In this document: positions 26,359-35,769 of the stretch, piece by piece
How the letters are laid out: every line of letters begins with the position of its first letter
How positions within the stretch are numbered: position 1 is the stretch's first letter
From: an uncultured Lachnospiraceae bacterium
Lineage (GTDB): Bacteria > Bacillota > Clostridia > Lachnospirales > Lachnospiraceae
Assembly: GCA_964499925.1 (NCBI GenBank)
Contig: CAZCPW010000001.1
Location: 1 to 37,900 of the forward strand
Reading direction: 5' to 3'
Length of the DNA stretch: 37,900 nt
Made by a program: the position numbers and the translations under genes
The notes under the pieces: model-generated
The model's database searches: none
What the model saw: the letters and a program-made list of their open reading frames with translations, nothing else
What the model was told of the DNA's origin: nothing

Positions 26359-27084
26359 ATGTTATCTGACATTGTGATTGATGGGGACAAGGTTGAAATA
26401 TCCGCAATAGTGCGGGCAATGGCTGAGGAAGAAAAGAAACCGAAGGTTTACACTACCAAGGTTAATACAATACTTACGGATGATAAGCTTGAAATTCTGA
26501 TGCCTATGGAAAAAACAAAGCTTATCCTGCTTCCGGTCGATGGCGAATACAATTTGTGCTTTAATACCGCAAAAGGGTTATATCAGTGTTCGGCAAGGAT
26601 ATACGACAGGTATAAGAGCAACAATATTTACGTGCTTGCTTTTGAACTTACGAGCAATTTAAGAAAGTTTCAGAGACGTGAATATTACAGATTCAACTGT
26701 GTAATTGACATGCGCATGAGAGAGCTTAAAAGAGATGAAGCCGATTCCGTGGACAAGGGACGTATGACGATAGTACAGGGACTTCCGTTGAGACGGGCAC
26801 TGATATGTGACTTAAGCGGCGGCGGAATGAGGCTTATTACCGATACCCTTTTTGAAGTGGATACGTATGTTTACTGTTCTTTCAATCTTTATATAAACGG
26901 TCACTTAAAGGAATATGAGATGATAGGACGAGTATTGAGAGGAAAGGCAATCGATAACCGTCCGGGTGAATTTGAGCACAGCATTCAGTTTGTGGGTATT
27001 GATGTTGATGTTCGAGAAGAAATTATTCGATATATCTTCGAAGAAGAAAGAAAAATAATGCGGAAAAATAAGAACGTTTTCTAG
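26359..27084 (+). CDS. PilZ-domain flagellar brake protein (YcgR/MotI-like)
   Basis: c-di-GMP-binding motifs QRREYYR (RxxxR) and DLSGGG (DxSxxG), preceded by an N-terminal YcgR-like domain. Confidence 0.9.
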   Translation: MLSDIVIDGDKVEISAIVRAMAEEEKKPKVYTTKVNTILTDDKLEILMPMEKTKLILLPVDGEYNLCFNTAKGLYQCSARIYDRYKSNNIYVLAFELTSNLRKFQRREYYRFNCVIDMRMRELKRDEADSVDKGRMTIVQGLPLRRALICDLSGGGMRLITDTLFEVDTYVYCSFNLYINGHLKEYEMIGRVLRGKAIDNRPGEFEHSIQFVGIDVDVREEIIRYIFEEERKIMRKNKNVF

Positions 27085-27110
27085 TCGTCTTATTAAATGG
27101 AGCAAAATTT

Positions 27111-28190
27111 ATGAAAAATATTTTAGTCACAGATGACTCTGCACTTATGAGAAGCGTTATCTGTGATATAATCAACCAAGATTCAAGGTTCCATGTTCAG
27201 GATCGCGCGACAAACGGGGAGGAAGCACTGAATCTCCTCATGCGCAAGAGCTACGATGCCGTTGTCTTGGATGTAAACATGCCGAAGATGAACGGACTTG
27301 AGCTTTTAAAGGTCTTACGTGAGAAAAACATTTCCGCCCGTGTCGTTATGGCAAGCACCGATACCTATGACGGTGCAAAGACTACTTTGGATGCACTTGC
27401 TTTGGGAGCCATTGATTTTGTTCATAAGCCCGAAAACGCAAGAGACTGCAGGGAAGGAAAATTCAGTAAGAGATTACTTGAGATTCTCGATACCGCATGC
27501 ATGAGCAATCCTTCTTCTTTTGCCGAGGAAACTCCCGACGAAAAGAAGGCATCCGAGGAAGCAACCAAGAAATTCTTAGAGCTTGCAAGCAGATCGTCAA
27601 ACGCCATAAAGGGAAAGCAAATCGTAGCGATAGCAAGTTCAACAGGCGGACCAAAAGCTTTACAGGAAGTTATCCCGAAGCTTCCCAAAAATCTAAAATG
27701 TCCGGTCGTTTTAGTACAGCATATGCCGGCGGGCTTCACGAAGTCACTTGCCGAGAGACTTAATGATTTAAGCGAGCTCGAGGTTTCGGAGGCTGTTGAC
27801 GGAGAAGTTCTTTCTCCGGGTCATGCATATGTTGCAATGGGCGGTAAGCATTTGAATATTGACAATGCAAACGGACAGTTCAAGGTTCGCTACAGTGACG
27901 AACCGACAAGAGAAGGTGTAAAACCCTCAGCAAACTACATGTTTGAGTCCCTTGCCAATTGTTCGGAGGACAAGGTCGTATGTGTAGTCCTTACCGGAAT
28001 GGGAGCTGACGGAACCGAAGGAATCGTGAATCTATCGAAAAAGAAAAAAGTTTACGTTATCGCACAGGACCAAAGCTCCAGCACGGTTTACGGGATGCCG
28101 AAGGCGATTTTCAATGCAGGCCTTACGGACACTGTCGTTCCGCTGAAAAATGTTGCATCGGAGATAGTCATGAATGTAGGAGTCAACTAA
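27111..28190 (+). CDS. cheB: Chemotaxis methylesterase CheB
   Basis: Receiver domain (LDVNMP) plus catalytic triad motifs ASSTGGP, QHMP and LTGMGADG. Confidence 0.97.
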   Translation: MKNILVTDDSALMRSVICDIINQDSRFHVQDRATNGEEALNLLMRKSYDAVVLDVNMPKMNGLELLKVLREKNISARVVMASTDTYDGAKTTLDALALGAIDFVHKPENARDCREGKFSKRLLEILDTACMSNPSSFAEETPDEKKASEEATKKFLELASRSSNAIKGKQIVAIASSTGGPKALQEVIPKLPKNLKCPVVLVQHMPAGFTKSLAERLNDLSELEVSEAVDGEVLSPGHAYVAMGGKHLNIDNANGQFKVRYSDEPTREGVKPSANYMFESLANCSEDKVVCVVLTGMGADGTEGIVNLSKKKKVYVIAQDQSSSTVYGMPKAIFNAGLTDTVVPLKNVASEIVMNVGVN

Positions 28191-28191
28191 A

Positions 28192-30288
28192 ATGGATGTT
28201 AGTCAGTATCTTGAAATTTTCCTGGATGAATCCAAGGAGCACTTGCAGAGTTTGAACACTCAGATTCTTGAACTTGAGCAGGATTCTGAGAATATGGACA
28301 CGATTAATGAGATATTCAGAGCTGCCCATTCTTTAAAAGGTATGGCAGGAACCATGGGCTACAAGCGCATGCAGAATCTCACGCATGACATGGAGAACGT
28401 CTTCTCTGAGGTTCGAAACGGGAATATCAAGGTTCAGCCTAATATGATAGATATTCTTTTCCAGTGCCTTGATGCATTGGAAGGATATGTTTCACTCATT
28501 CAGGAAACCTCGGATGAAGGTACAAACGACAATGAACCCATTATAAAAGCCCTGAATGACATTTTGAATTCAAAGGGCGGCGAAACAGCGGAACCCGAAC
28601 CTGCCAAGGAAACCGTTAAGGAAGAAAAGCCTTCGGAAGCTTCGGAAAACTCCAAAGAAAAATGGCAGGAGATAAAGCTTTCCGATATCGAGAAGGATTT
28701 GTTTGACAAGGCAAAGGAATCCGGACAGCATTTTTACGGAATTACCGTTTGGGTGCAGGAAAGCTGCATTTTAAAGGCAGCCCGTGCGTTCCTTGTATTC
28801 AAGGCTTTGGAAGAACACGGAGAAATTCTTTTGTCGAATCCTTCGACTCAGGATATAGAGGATGAAAAGTTTAATTTTGATTTCAGTGTAATAGTTGTAT
28901 CGGGAGATTCTTACGATACCGTTGTTGCGGCCGTAAAGAATGTCTCGGAAATAGAGGATGCTTTGGGACGCGAGCTTACCGATGCCGACTTCGCGGGTGC
29001 AAAGACCGAAAAGGCAGAGCCTAAGGCAGAGGAGCCTGGGAAAGCAGCAACTCAGCCGGCAGTGGCAAAGCCTGCGGCAAAGGAAACTGCGAAGCCCGCC
29101 GCAACCGACAAAAAGGCAACCGCGAAGCCGGTTGTAAACAGAACGGTTCGTGTAGACATCGAAAAACTCGACGTACTCATGAATCTCGTAAGTGAGCTTA
29201 TCATCGCAAAGAACTCGCTTGTTTCGGCATCGAGTACCGACGGCGTATCACATAATTCAAATTTCAATGAGCAGATTGAATACCTTGAGAGCGTGACCAC
29301 CAATCTTCACGAATCGGTGATGAAAGTTCGAATGGTTCCAATCGAATCGGTTGTAAGTAAGTTTCCTCGTATGATAAGAGACTTGCAGAAGAGCCTTGGC
29401 AAGAAGATGGAACTTCACATGTCAGGTGAAGAAACCGAACTTGACAGAACCGTTGTCGATGAAATCGGCGATCCGTTGATGCACTTACTCAGAAATTCCG
29501 CAGACCACGGACTTGAATCCGCAGAGGTCAGACTCCAGAGAGGAAAGCCGGAAGTCGGAAATATCTATTTGGATGCATACCAGGACGGAAATAACGTTGT
29601 CATCGAAGTAAGAGACGACGGTAACGGAATTGACGTTGAAAAGGTTAAAAATAAAGCAATTGAGCGCGGTACGATTACTGTCGAACAGGCCGAGAACATG
29701 TCGGACAAGGAAATCATCGATTTATTGTTCCTTCCGAGTTTCTCTACCAAAGAGCAGGTATCGGAAATTTCCGGACGCGGCGTTGGACTTGACGTTGTTA
29801 AGTCAAAAATCGAAGCCTTAAGCGGTGAGGTAGAGGTAAAGAGTAAGCTCGGTGAAGGCAGTACCTGGACCGTAAGACTTCCTCTTACACTTGCAATCAT
29901 TCAGGCACTTATGGTTGTCGTAGGCAATGAAAAGTACGCCATTTCTTTAGGCTCGATTCAGACCATAGAAGATGTGCCCGCAAACGAAATAAAGCTTGTT
30001 CAGGCAAAGGAAGTTATTCAGCTTCGCGGCTCGGTAATCCCGATTATCAGGCTTTCAAATGTGCTTGAAGTTGAATCGTCAAAGAACAAGGATGACAATC
30101 TGATGGTCGTAATCGTCAAGAAGGGCGATCGTCTCGCAGGTCTTGTGGTCGATGAACTTATGGGACAGCAGGAAATCGTTATCAAGTCCTTAGGCAAGTA
30201 TATCAGCAAATGCAAATTTATCAGCGGAGCCACGATTTTAGGCGACGGCGAAGTTGCACTTATACTTGATGCGAATGCTTTGATTTAA
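28192..30288 (+). CDS. cheA: Chemotaxis histidine kinase CheA
   Basis: HPt FRAAHSLKG, P2 domain, HLLRNSADHG, SGRGVGLDVV and a C-terminal CheW-like domain. Confidence 0.98.
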   Translation: MDVSQYLEIFLDESKEHLQSLNTQILELEQDSENMDTINEIFRAAHSLKGMAGTMGYKRMQNLTHDMENVFSEVRNGNIKVQPNMIDILFQCLDALEGYVSLIQETSDEGTNDNEPIIKALNDILNSKGGETAEPEPAKETVKEEKPSEASENSKEKWQEIKLSDIEKDLFDKAKESGQHFYGITVWVQESCILKAARAFLVFKALEEHGEILLSNPSTQDIEDEKFNFDFSVIVVSGDSYDTVVAAVKNVSEIEDALGRELTDADFAGAKTEKAEPKAEEPGKAATQPAVAKPAAKETAKPAATDKKATAKPVVNRTVRVDIEKLDVLMNLVSELIIAKNSLVSASSTDGVSHNSNFNEQIEYLESVTTNLHESVMKVRMVPIESVVSKFPRMIRDLQKSLGKKMELHMSGEETELDRTVVDEIGDPLMHLLRNSADHGLESAEVRLQRGKPEVGNIYLDAYQDGNNVVIEVRDDGNGIDVEKVKNKAIERGTITVEQAENMSDKEIIDLLFLPSFSTKEQVSEISGRGVGLDVVKSKIEALSGEVEVKSKLGEGSTWTVRLPLTLAIIQALMVVVGNEKYAISLGSIQTIEDVPANEIKLVQAKEVIQLRGSVIPIIRLSNVLEVESSKNKDDNLMVVIVKKGDRLAGLVVDELMGQQEIVIKSLGKYISKCKFISGATILGDGEVALILDANALI

Positions 30289-30301
30289 GGAGGAAATTTC
30301 G

Positions 30302-30760
30302 ATGGATGAATTAAGAACTCAGGGAGACATCACAGTCACCCAGTATATAGTTATCAAAATCGGCGACGAGCAATACGGTATCAACATCAGCTACGTAGAC
30401 AATATTGTACGTATGCAGCACATTACAAGAGTTCCGAAGGTGCCGACTCACTTAAAGGGAGTCATCAATCTTCGAGGCATCGTGGTTCCGGTTATGAGCC
30501 TTCGCTTAAAGATGGGACTTCCGGAGGATGAGATTACCAAGAATACCCGTATTATTATTCTGAAGGTAGACTCAAACGGCGCAATCGGAATAATCGTCGA
30601 CGAGGTGAAAGAGGTTGTTACCCTTGACAGCACACAGATTGAAAAGGTTACTCAGGACAATCTTTCCGACCATGTAAACTTCGTTTCAAACGTCGGAAAG
30701 TACGGAAATGAACTCATTTCAATCCTTGATTTAAACGCAGTTATAGGAGAAAAGGAATAA
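30302..30760 (+). CDS. cheW: Chemotaxis coupling protein CheW
   Basis: ITRVPK.P..KGVINLRG.VVPV and GIIVDEV. Confidence 0.96.
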   Translation: MDELRTQGDITVTQYIVIKIGDEQYGINISYVDNIVRMQHITRVPKVPTHLKGVINLRGIVVPVMSLRLKMGLPEDEITKNTRIIILKVDSNGAIGIIVDEVKEVVTLDSTQIEKVTQDNLSDHVNFVSNVGKYGNELISILDLNAVIGEKE

Positions 30761-30773
30761 GAGGAATTCACAT

Positions 30774-31394
30774 ATGAGTGAACTCAGTTTAGATTCTTTA
30801 TCGGAACAGTACTACGATGTTCTAAAGGAAATCGGAAACATCGGAGCGGGAAATGCAACAACCGCTCTTGCCGAAATGCTTCATTGTAAGGTTGACATGA
30901 AGGTTCCGCAGGTAAGACTTCTCGATTTTGATGAGGTCGGAACCTTAATGGGCGGTGAAGAAACCATAATGGCCGGAATTTACCTTTTGGTTGAAGGCGA
31001 TATAACCGGAAGCATTATGTTCCTGCTTGAAAAAGAAAGTGCTTTTCATCTGGTAGACAAGCTTTTCGGCGGAATGGCTCCGAAGGGTGAAAACTTTGAT
31101 GATATGGAGATTTCCGCACTCAAGGAAATCGGAAATATCATTACCGGAGCTTATTTGAATTCACTTTCAACTCTTACAAACCTAAAGATTCACCCTTCGG
31201 TTCCGGATCTTACGGTAGACATGGCCGGTGCCATATTGAGCGTTCCTGCAATTGAATTCGGTACTTTAGGCGATAAGCTTTTGCTTATCCAAACCCAGTT
31301 CAGCGATGACTATGAGATAGACGGTTACTTTATTTTGGTGCCCGAGCTTGAGTCATATGCTAAAATATTAAGTGCGCTGGGAATAAATATGTAA
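30774..31394 (+). CDS. cheC: CheY-P phosphatase CheC
   Basis: Two EIGNI motifs (EIGNIGAGNA, EIGNIITG) and DMAGAILS. Confidence 0.96.
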   Translation: MSELSLDSLSEQYYDVLKEIGNIGAGNATTALAEMLHCKVDMKVPQVRLLDFDEVGTLMGGEETIMAGIYLLVEGDITGSIMFLLEKESAFHLVDKLFGGMAPKGENFDDMEISALKEIGNIITGAYLNSLSTLTNLKIHPSVPDLTVDMAGAILSVPAIEFGTLGDKLLLIQTQFSDDYEIDGYFILVPELESYAKILSALGINM

Positions 31395-31412
31395 TAACTC
31401 GCAGGAGTGCAT

Positions 31413-31898
31413 ATGAGTGAGATAGTAAAGGTCGGGATGGCAGACTTAAAGGTGGTAAAGAGCCCCGACGGAGTTACGACGCTGGGACTCGGTTCCTGCG
31501 TCGGTATCGCCATTCGCGACAAGTTAACCAAAGTGGGCGGTCTTGCACATATAATGCTGCCGGATTCGCTTGCAATCAAAAATAACAGCAATATTTACAA
31601 ATTTGCAGATACCGGGATAGAAGAATTGGTAAGGCAAATGGAACTAAACGGTGCAAAGAGGAGCCGAATGGTCGCAAAGATAGCCGGCGGAGCCCAAATG
31701 TTTGCCTTCCAGAATAACAGCGAACTTGTGAGAGTCGGAGACAGAAATGTTGAGGCAAGCAAGAAGAAGCTTAAAGAGCTTGGAATTCCGATTCTTGCAG
31801 AGGATACGGGCAATTCTTACGGACGCACCGTTATTTTTTATCCTGAGACCGGCGATTACGTAATCAGAGCGGTCGGCAAGGAAGAAAGGGTCATATAG
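31413..31898 (+). CDS. cheD: Chemoreceptor glutamine deamidase CheD
   Basis: TLGLGSCVG, GLAHIMLP, KIAGGAQMF and EDTG..YGRT. Start ATG 31413 after AGGAG. Confidence 0.97.
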   Translation: MSEIVKVGMADLKVVKSPDGVTTLGLGSCVGIAIRDKLTKVGGLAHIMLPDSLAIKNNSNIYKFADTGIEELVRQMELNGAKRSRMVAKIAGGAQMFAFQNNSELVRVGDRNVEASKKKLKELGIPILAEDTGNSYGRTVIFYPETGDYVIRAVGKEERVI

Positions 31899-31900
31899 TC

Positions 31901-32176
31901 TTGAAGAGACAGCAGATTCCCTTGGTGATAATGCTTGTAGCGGGAACAGTCACATCGTTAACGGTTTATATTAAAGGCTTGGGGTTGAAGACGATGCTCA
32001 TTGCATTGCTTGCGACCTTTGTTATTTTTTATTTTATCGGTTCCCTGATAAAGCTCTTTTTTGACCATATTGAAAAAGAAAATCTTAAGGATAAGAAGAT
32101 TTCCGATGAGGGCGAGGTAATAGAGAAAGAAGCGGACAGCAAAGAATCCGAAACGGATACGAAGAAAGATTCTTAA
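31901..32176 (+). CDS. Small two-TM hypothetical membrane protein
   Basis: Two hydrophobic helices then a charged tail. Fills the cheD-fliA gap on the operon strand. TTG start 2 nt after the cheD stop. Confidence 0.75.
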   Translation: MKRQQIPLVIMLVAGTVTSLTVYIKGLGLKTMLIALLATFVIFYFIGSLIKLFFDHIEKENLKDKKISDEGEVIEKEADSKESETDTKKDS

Positions 32177-32217
32177 GGGCGGATTGAAGCCTGAACTTCA
32201 GAGGATGGAATGCGCAC

Positions 32218-32988
32218 ATGGACGAGCAGGAAAGAAAAAAGCTGTGGGAAAAATACGGCGCGGGGAAAAGTGCCGACATACGTGAACAATTGATTTTGGA
32301 ATACGCTCCGTTAGTGAAAGTAGTAGCGGGGCGCCTTAGTATGTATTTAGGCTATAATGTCGAGTATGAAGATTTGGTCAGCTACGGAATTTTCGGGCTT
32401 ATCGATGCGATAGACAAATTCGATCCGCACATGGATGTTAAGTTTGAAACCTATGCAAGCCTCAGAATCAGAGGCTCAATCTTGGACCAAATTCGTAAGA
32501 TGGACTGGATACCGAGAACCGTCAGAAAACGTCAGAGAGAATTGGACAGCGCGATGGCTTCAATCGAGCTTGAAAAGGGTCATCCGGCAACTGACGAGGA
32601 AATCGCCGAAAGGCTCAATATCTCGGGAGATGAGTTAAACGAACTGCAATGTCAGTTAAAGGTTACCAACGTTATATCCTTAAACGAGTTTATGGAAAGC
32701 GGAGCGGAGGTGCCGAATGAGAAGAATCTGGCTTCTCATTACGAAGGTCCCGAGGAGGCTTTGGACAAAAAGGAGCTTAAGGAGAAGCTCAAGGAGGCCA
32801 TTGATACTTTAACGGAAAAAGAAAGACAGGTTATTTTACTGTACTATTACGAAGATTTAACCTTAAAGGAAATAAGCTTCACTTTGGAGGTCACCGAATC
32901 AAGAGTTTCTCAGCTTCACACGAGAGCACTTCAGAAGATGAAGGTTAAGCTGGGAAAGTATATGGGTATATTAACGGAAATTATGTAG
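32218..32988 (+). CDS. fliA: Flagellar sigma factor sigma-28 (FliA/SigD)
   Basis: DLVSYGIFGLIDAI.KFD, KFETYASLRIRG.ILD..R..DWIPR and LTLKEI..L.VTESRVSQLH. Confidence 0.96.
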   Translation: MDEQERKKLWEKYGAGKSADIREQLILEYAPLVKVVAGRLSMYLGYNVEYEDLVSYGIFGLIDAIDKFDPHMDVKFETYASLRIRGSILDQIRKMDWIPRTVRKRQRELDSAMASIELEKGHPATDEEIAERLNISGDELNELQCQLKVTNVISLNEFMESGAEVPNEKNLASHYEGPEEALDKKELKEKLKEAIDTLTEKERQVILLYYYEDLTLKEISFTLEVTESRVSQLHTRALQKMKVKLGKYMGILTEIM

Positions 32989-33063
32989 TGTCGAATTGGG
33001 ACGGGAACCCAATTCGAAAGAGAATGCCTTTGGAATTTTGACAGGCAGTTTGGGAGGTTAGGT

Positions 33064-34653
33064 ATGAACGGGTATTTTCAGATTTTTCCGCACAATTCTA
33101 TGTGCTGCATTAAACTCATTCCGCCGACGGATGGAGGGGATCCCGTAAATCGGGATGATCTTTTTGAATATTTATCCATTAAAAATATTTCTTATGATAT
33201 GAAAGCTTTGGCGGACAAGGTTTCAACCCTTGAAAAGACGGCTTATTTTCCTACGTACACCGAATTTAAATACAAGGACGGTGAGTTTGTAAAGATCATT
33301 ATTTCACCGGACAATATGACGGTTACGGTCAGGATGTATCCGCCTTTTGAAGGCGGGGAACTCATGCCGAAGGACGAGTTCATGCGGGAATTCAAAAACC
33401 GCGGAGTGGTCTATGGCTTTGATGATGCCGCAATCGATAAATTCTTAAAGGACAGGCCTTACGGTACCGATACAGTACTTGCAAGAGGTCTTGATGTTGT
33501 GCAGGGAACGGATGCGAGAATCGAATATTTCTTTAACACGGATCCTCATGCCAAGCCGACTCTTAAAGAAGACGGGTCGGTAGACTTCTTTAATTTAAAT
33601 ACCATAAATCACTGCATGAAGGGCGACGTGCTTGCAAGACTTTATCCCGAGACAAGCGGTACTCCCGGACAAAATGTAAAGGGCGAGCTCATCAAGCCGA
33701 GAGACGTCAAAAGGGAAGTACTGAAGTATGGTCACAATATCGAATGCAAGGATGACGAGCTTGTCTCCCTCGTGTCGGGACATGTTTCCTACGTAGAGGG
33801 AAAGGTCTTTGTATCAAATGTTTTTGAAATAGAAAATGTCGATACCTCGGTCGGAAACATTGATTACGACGGAAGCATCTGCATCAACGGAAATGTCTGC
33901 GAAAACTTTACCGTTAAGGCAAAGGGCTCGATAGAGGTAAGGGGTGTCGTTGAAGGCGCCTACCTTGAAGCCGGTGAAAACATCACCATTGCCCGCGGAA
34001 TGAACGGAATGCATAAGGGCGTGTTAAAAGCCGGCGGAAATATAGTTGCGAAATTTATAGAAAATGCTACCATTACAGCCGGGGGCTTTGTTACTTCCGA
34101 ATCAATACTTCACTCTACGGTAATTGCCGGAACGGAAATAAAGGTAGTAGGTAAAAGAGGCTTTATCTCAGGCGGCCGCGTAAGTGCCACGAATTCCATA
34201 GAGGTAAGAAATCTCGGCTCGAATATGGGCGCGGATACGATAGTTGAAGTCGGGATGGATGCCGGAGCAAAGGCAAATATTCAGGAACTTCAAAAAGCGA
34301 AGACCGCCGTCATAAAACAGCTTTCGACCATTAAACCCGTACTTGAAGGTGCAATGGAGAAGCTTCATAAAGGAATTAAGCTTTCGGGAGATCAGTTGAC
34401 GCAGCTTCAAAAGCTTGCGGTCCTTAATAAAGATCTAAGCGGAAAGCTTGCCGATATTGAAAATGATTTAAAAGGTCTTCTGGAAAAATTTGACAAAGAT
34501 GCTCCCACGACAGGCCAGGTAATAGTGACCGGTGTTGTTTATCCCGGCACAAAAATATGCATCGGGGATGTGTCACAGGTCGTCAAGAGTGAGCTTAAGT
34601 ATTGCCGTTTCATTAAAGAAGCGGGTGATGTAAAGATGGTTGCTATCTATTAG
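33064..34653 (+). CDS. DUF342/FapA-family protein
   Basis: P.LKEDGSVDF, GTPG.NVKGE.I, VD.SVGNIDYDG, beta-helix repeats, coiled coil and VYPGTKI. Follows the sigma-28 gene. Confidence 0.88.
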   Translation: MNGYFQIFPHNSMCCIKLIPPTDGGDPVNRDDLFEYLSIKNISYDMKALADKVSTLEKTAYFPTYTEFKYKDGEFVKIIISPDNMTVTVRMYPPFEGGELMPKDEFMREFKNRGVVYGFDDAAIDKFLKDRPYGTDTVLARGLDVVQGTDARIEYFFNTDPHAKPTLKEDGSVDFFNLNTINHCMKGDVLARLYPETSGTPGQNVKGELIKPRDVKREVLKYGHNIECKDDELVSLVSGHVSYVEGKVFVSNVFEIENVDTSVGNIDYDGSICINGNVCENFTVKAKGSIEVRGVVEGAYLEAGENITIARGMNGMHKGVLKAGGNIVAKFIENATITAGGFVTSESILHSTVIAGTEIKVVGKRGFISGGRVSATNSIEVRNLGSNMGADTIVEVGMDAGAKANIQELQKAKTAVIKQLSTIKPVLEGAMEKLHKGIKLSGDQLTQLQKLAVLNKDLSGKLADIENDLKGLLEKFDKDAPTTGQVIVTGVVYPGTKICIGDVSQVVKSELKYCRFIKEAGDVKMVAIY

Positions 34654-34678
34654 AGGATAGAACCGTATTGGAGGCAAA

Positions 34679-34996
34679 ATGGGAATCAGTCCGATTGAAC
34701 TTTCGGGGGGAATACAAAGAGTTCAGGATTTTGCGCAAATAAAGCAGCAGGAGGACAACAGGCCTTTGGTCAATCAGATGAACTCTGAGACCACTGTCGA
34801 CAGGCATGTCGACGAACGGATTAATACCGTTGAAAAAAAGGACGATACCGAGCCCTATCAGCACGAGTTTGATTCAAAAGAAAAGGGCTCAAACGAGTAT
34901 TACGGAGACGGCGGACGTAACAGGAAAAAGAAAGACGATGGCGGTGGCCACGTAGTCAGAAAGGAAATAGGCTCAGGGTTTGATGTAAGAATTTAA
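34679..34996 (+). CDS. Small hydrophilic hypothetical protein
   Basis: SD GGAGG. 105 aa, charged and likely disordered, ending GSGFDVRI. Confidence 0.8.
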   Translation: MGISPIELSGGIQRVQDFAQIKQQEDNRPLVNQMNSETTVDRHVDERINTVEKKDDTEPYQHEFDSKEKGSNEYYGDGGRNRKKKDDGGGHVVRKEIGSGFDVRI

Positions 34997-35010
34997 ACCG
35001 GAGAAGAGAT

Positions 35011-35769
35011 ATGAGTGTTACTGAAATAGTTTTACTGTGTATAGGCGGTGTATTTTTCGCAGTGAGTTTCTTTATCCCCGACAAGAAAAAGAAAAAAGAA
35101 GAGGATCACGAGGAAGAAATACGCAATCTGATTAACAGGGAAGTTGAAAATGCAAAGTCGAGAATAGATGACATGGTCGAAGAAACCGTGAACTATTCTG
35201 TCGAAAAAACGGAACGTGCCCTTGAAAAGCTCTCAAACGAGAAGATTATGGAGGTTTCGGATTATTCGGATTCGGTTTTGAAAAAGATTAATGACAATCA
35301 CAACGAAGCGGTTTTTCTTTATGACATGCTCAATGACAAGGATGAAAAGATTAAGACTGCCGGTGAGGAGATAAAGGTTTCAAAGGAAGAACTTGAAACC
35401 GTCAAGAATGAAATTTTAAAGAAGGTTGAGGACGAAAAGACGGAGGCGCCCAAAGAGAAAGAAGAGCCTAAGGTCTTTACTCCTTTCAAACCCGAGATTA
35501 TTCCGGCAGATTCAAAAAATATAATCGCTTCCGTGCCGGAAGAAAAAAAGCCCGCTAACAGGAAAAATACGAGTGCCAAGACAAAGGAAAGGTCGCAAAA
35601 GAAAACCTCGGAAATATTAAACGACGGAAAGAAGAATTCAAACGAGCTCATCAGAAAGCTCCACGAAGAAGGCAAGACCAACATGCAGATTGCCAAGGAG
35701 CTTAACCTCGGAGTCGGAGAGGTAAAGCTGGTGCTTGATCTTTACTCCGTAAAGAGGGCAGACAAATGA
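35011..35769 (+). CDS. Membrane-anchored coiled-coil protein with C-terminal HTH-like motif (SwrB/DUF6115-like)
   Basis: N-terminal TM, coiled coil and C-terminal GKTNMQIAKELNLGVGEVKLVLDL. Downstream of the sigma-28 gene, as swrB is in B. subtilis. Confidence 0.72.
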   Translation: MSVTEIVLLCIGGVFFAVSFFIPDKKKKKEEDHEEEIRNLINREVENAKSRIDDMVEETVNYSVEKTERALEKLSNEKIMEVSDYSDSVLKKINDNHNEAVFLYDMLNDKDEKIKTAGEEIKVSKEELETVKNEILKKVEDEKTEAPKEKEEPKVFTPFKPEIIPADSKNIIASVPEEKKPANRKNTSAKTKERSQKKTSEILNDGKKNSNELIRKLHEEGKTNMQIAKELNLGVGEVKLVLDLYSVKRADK

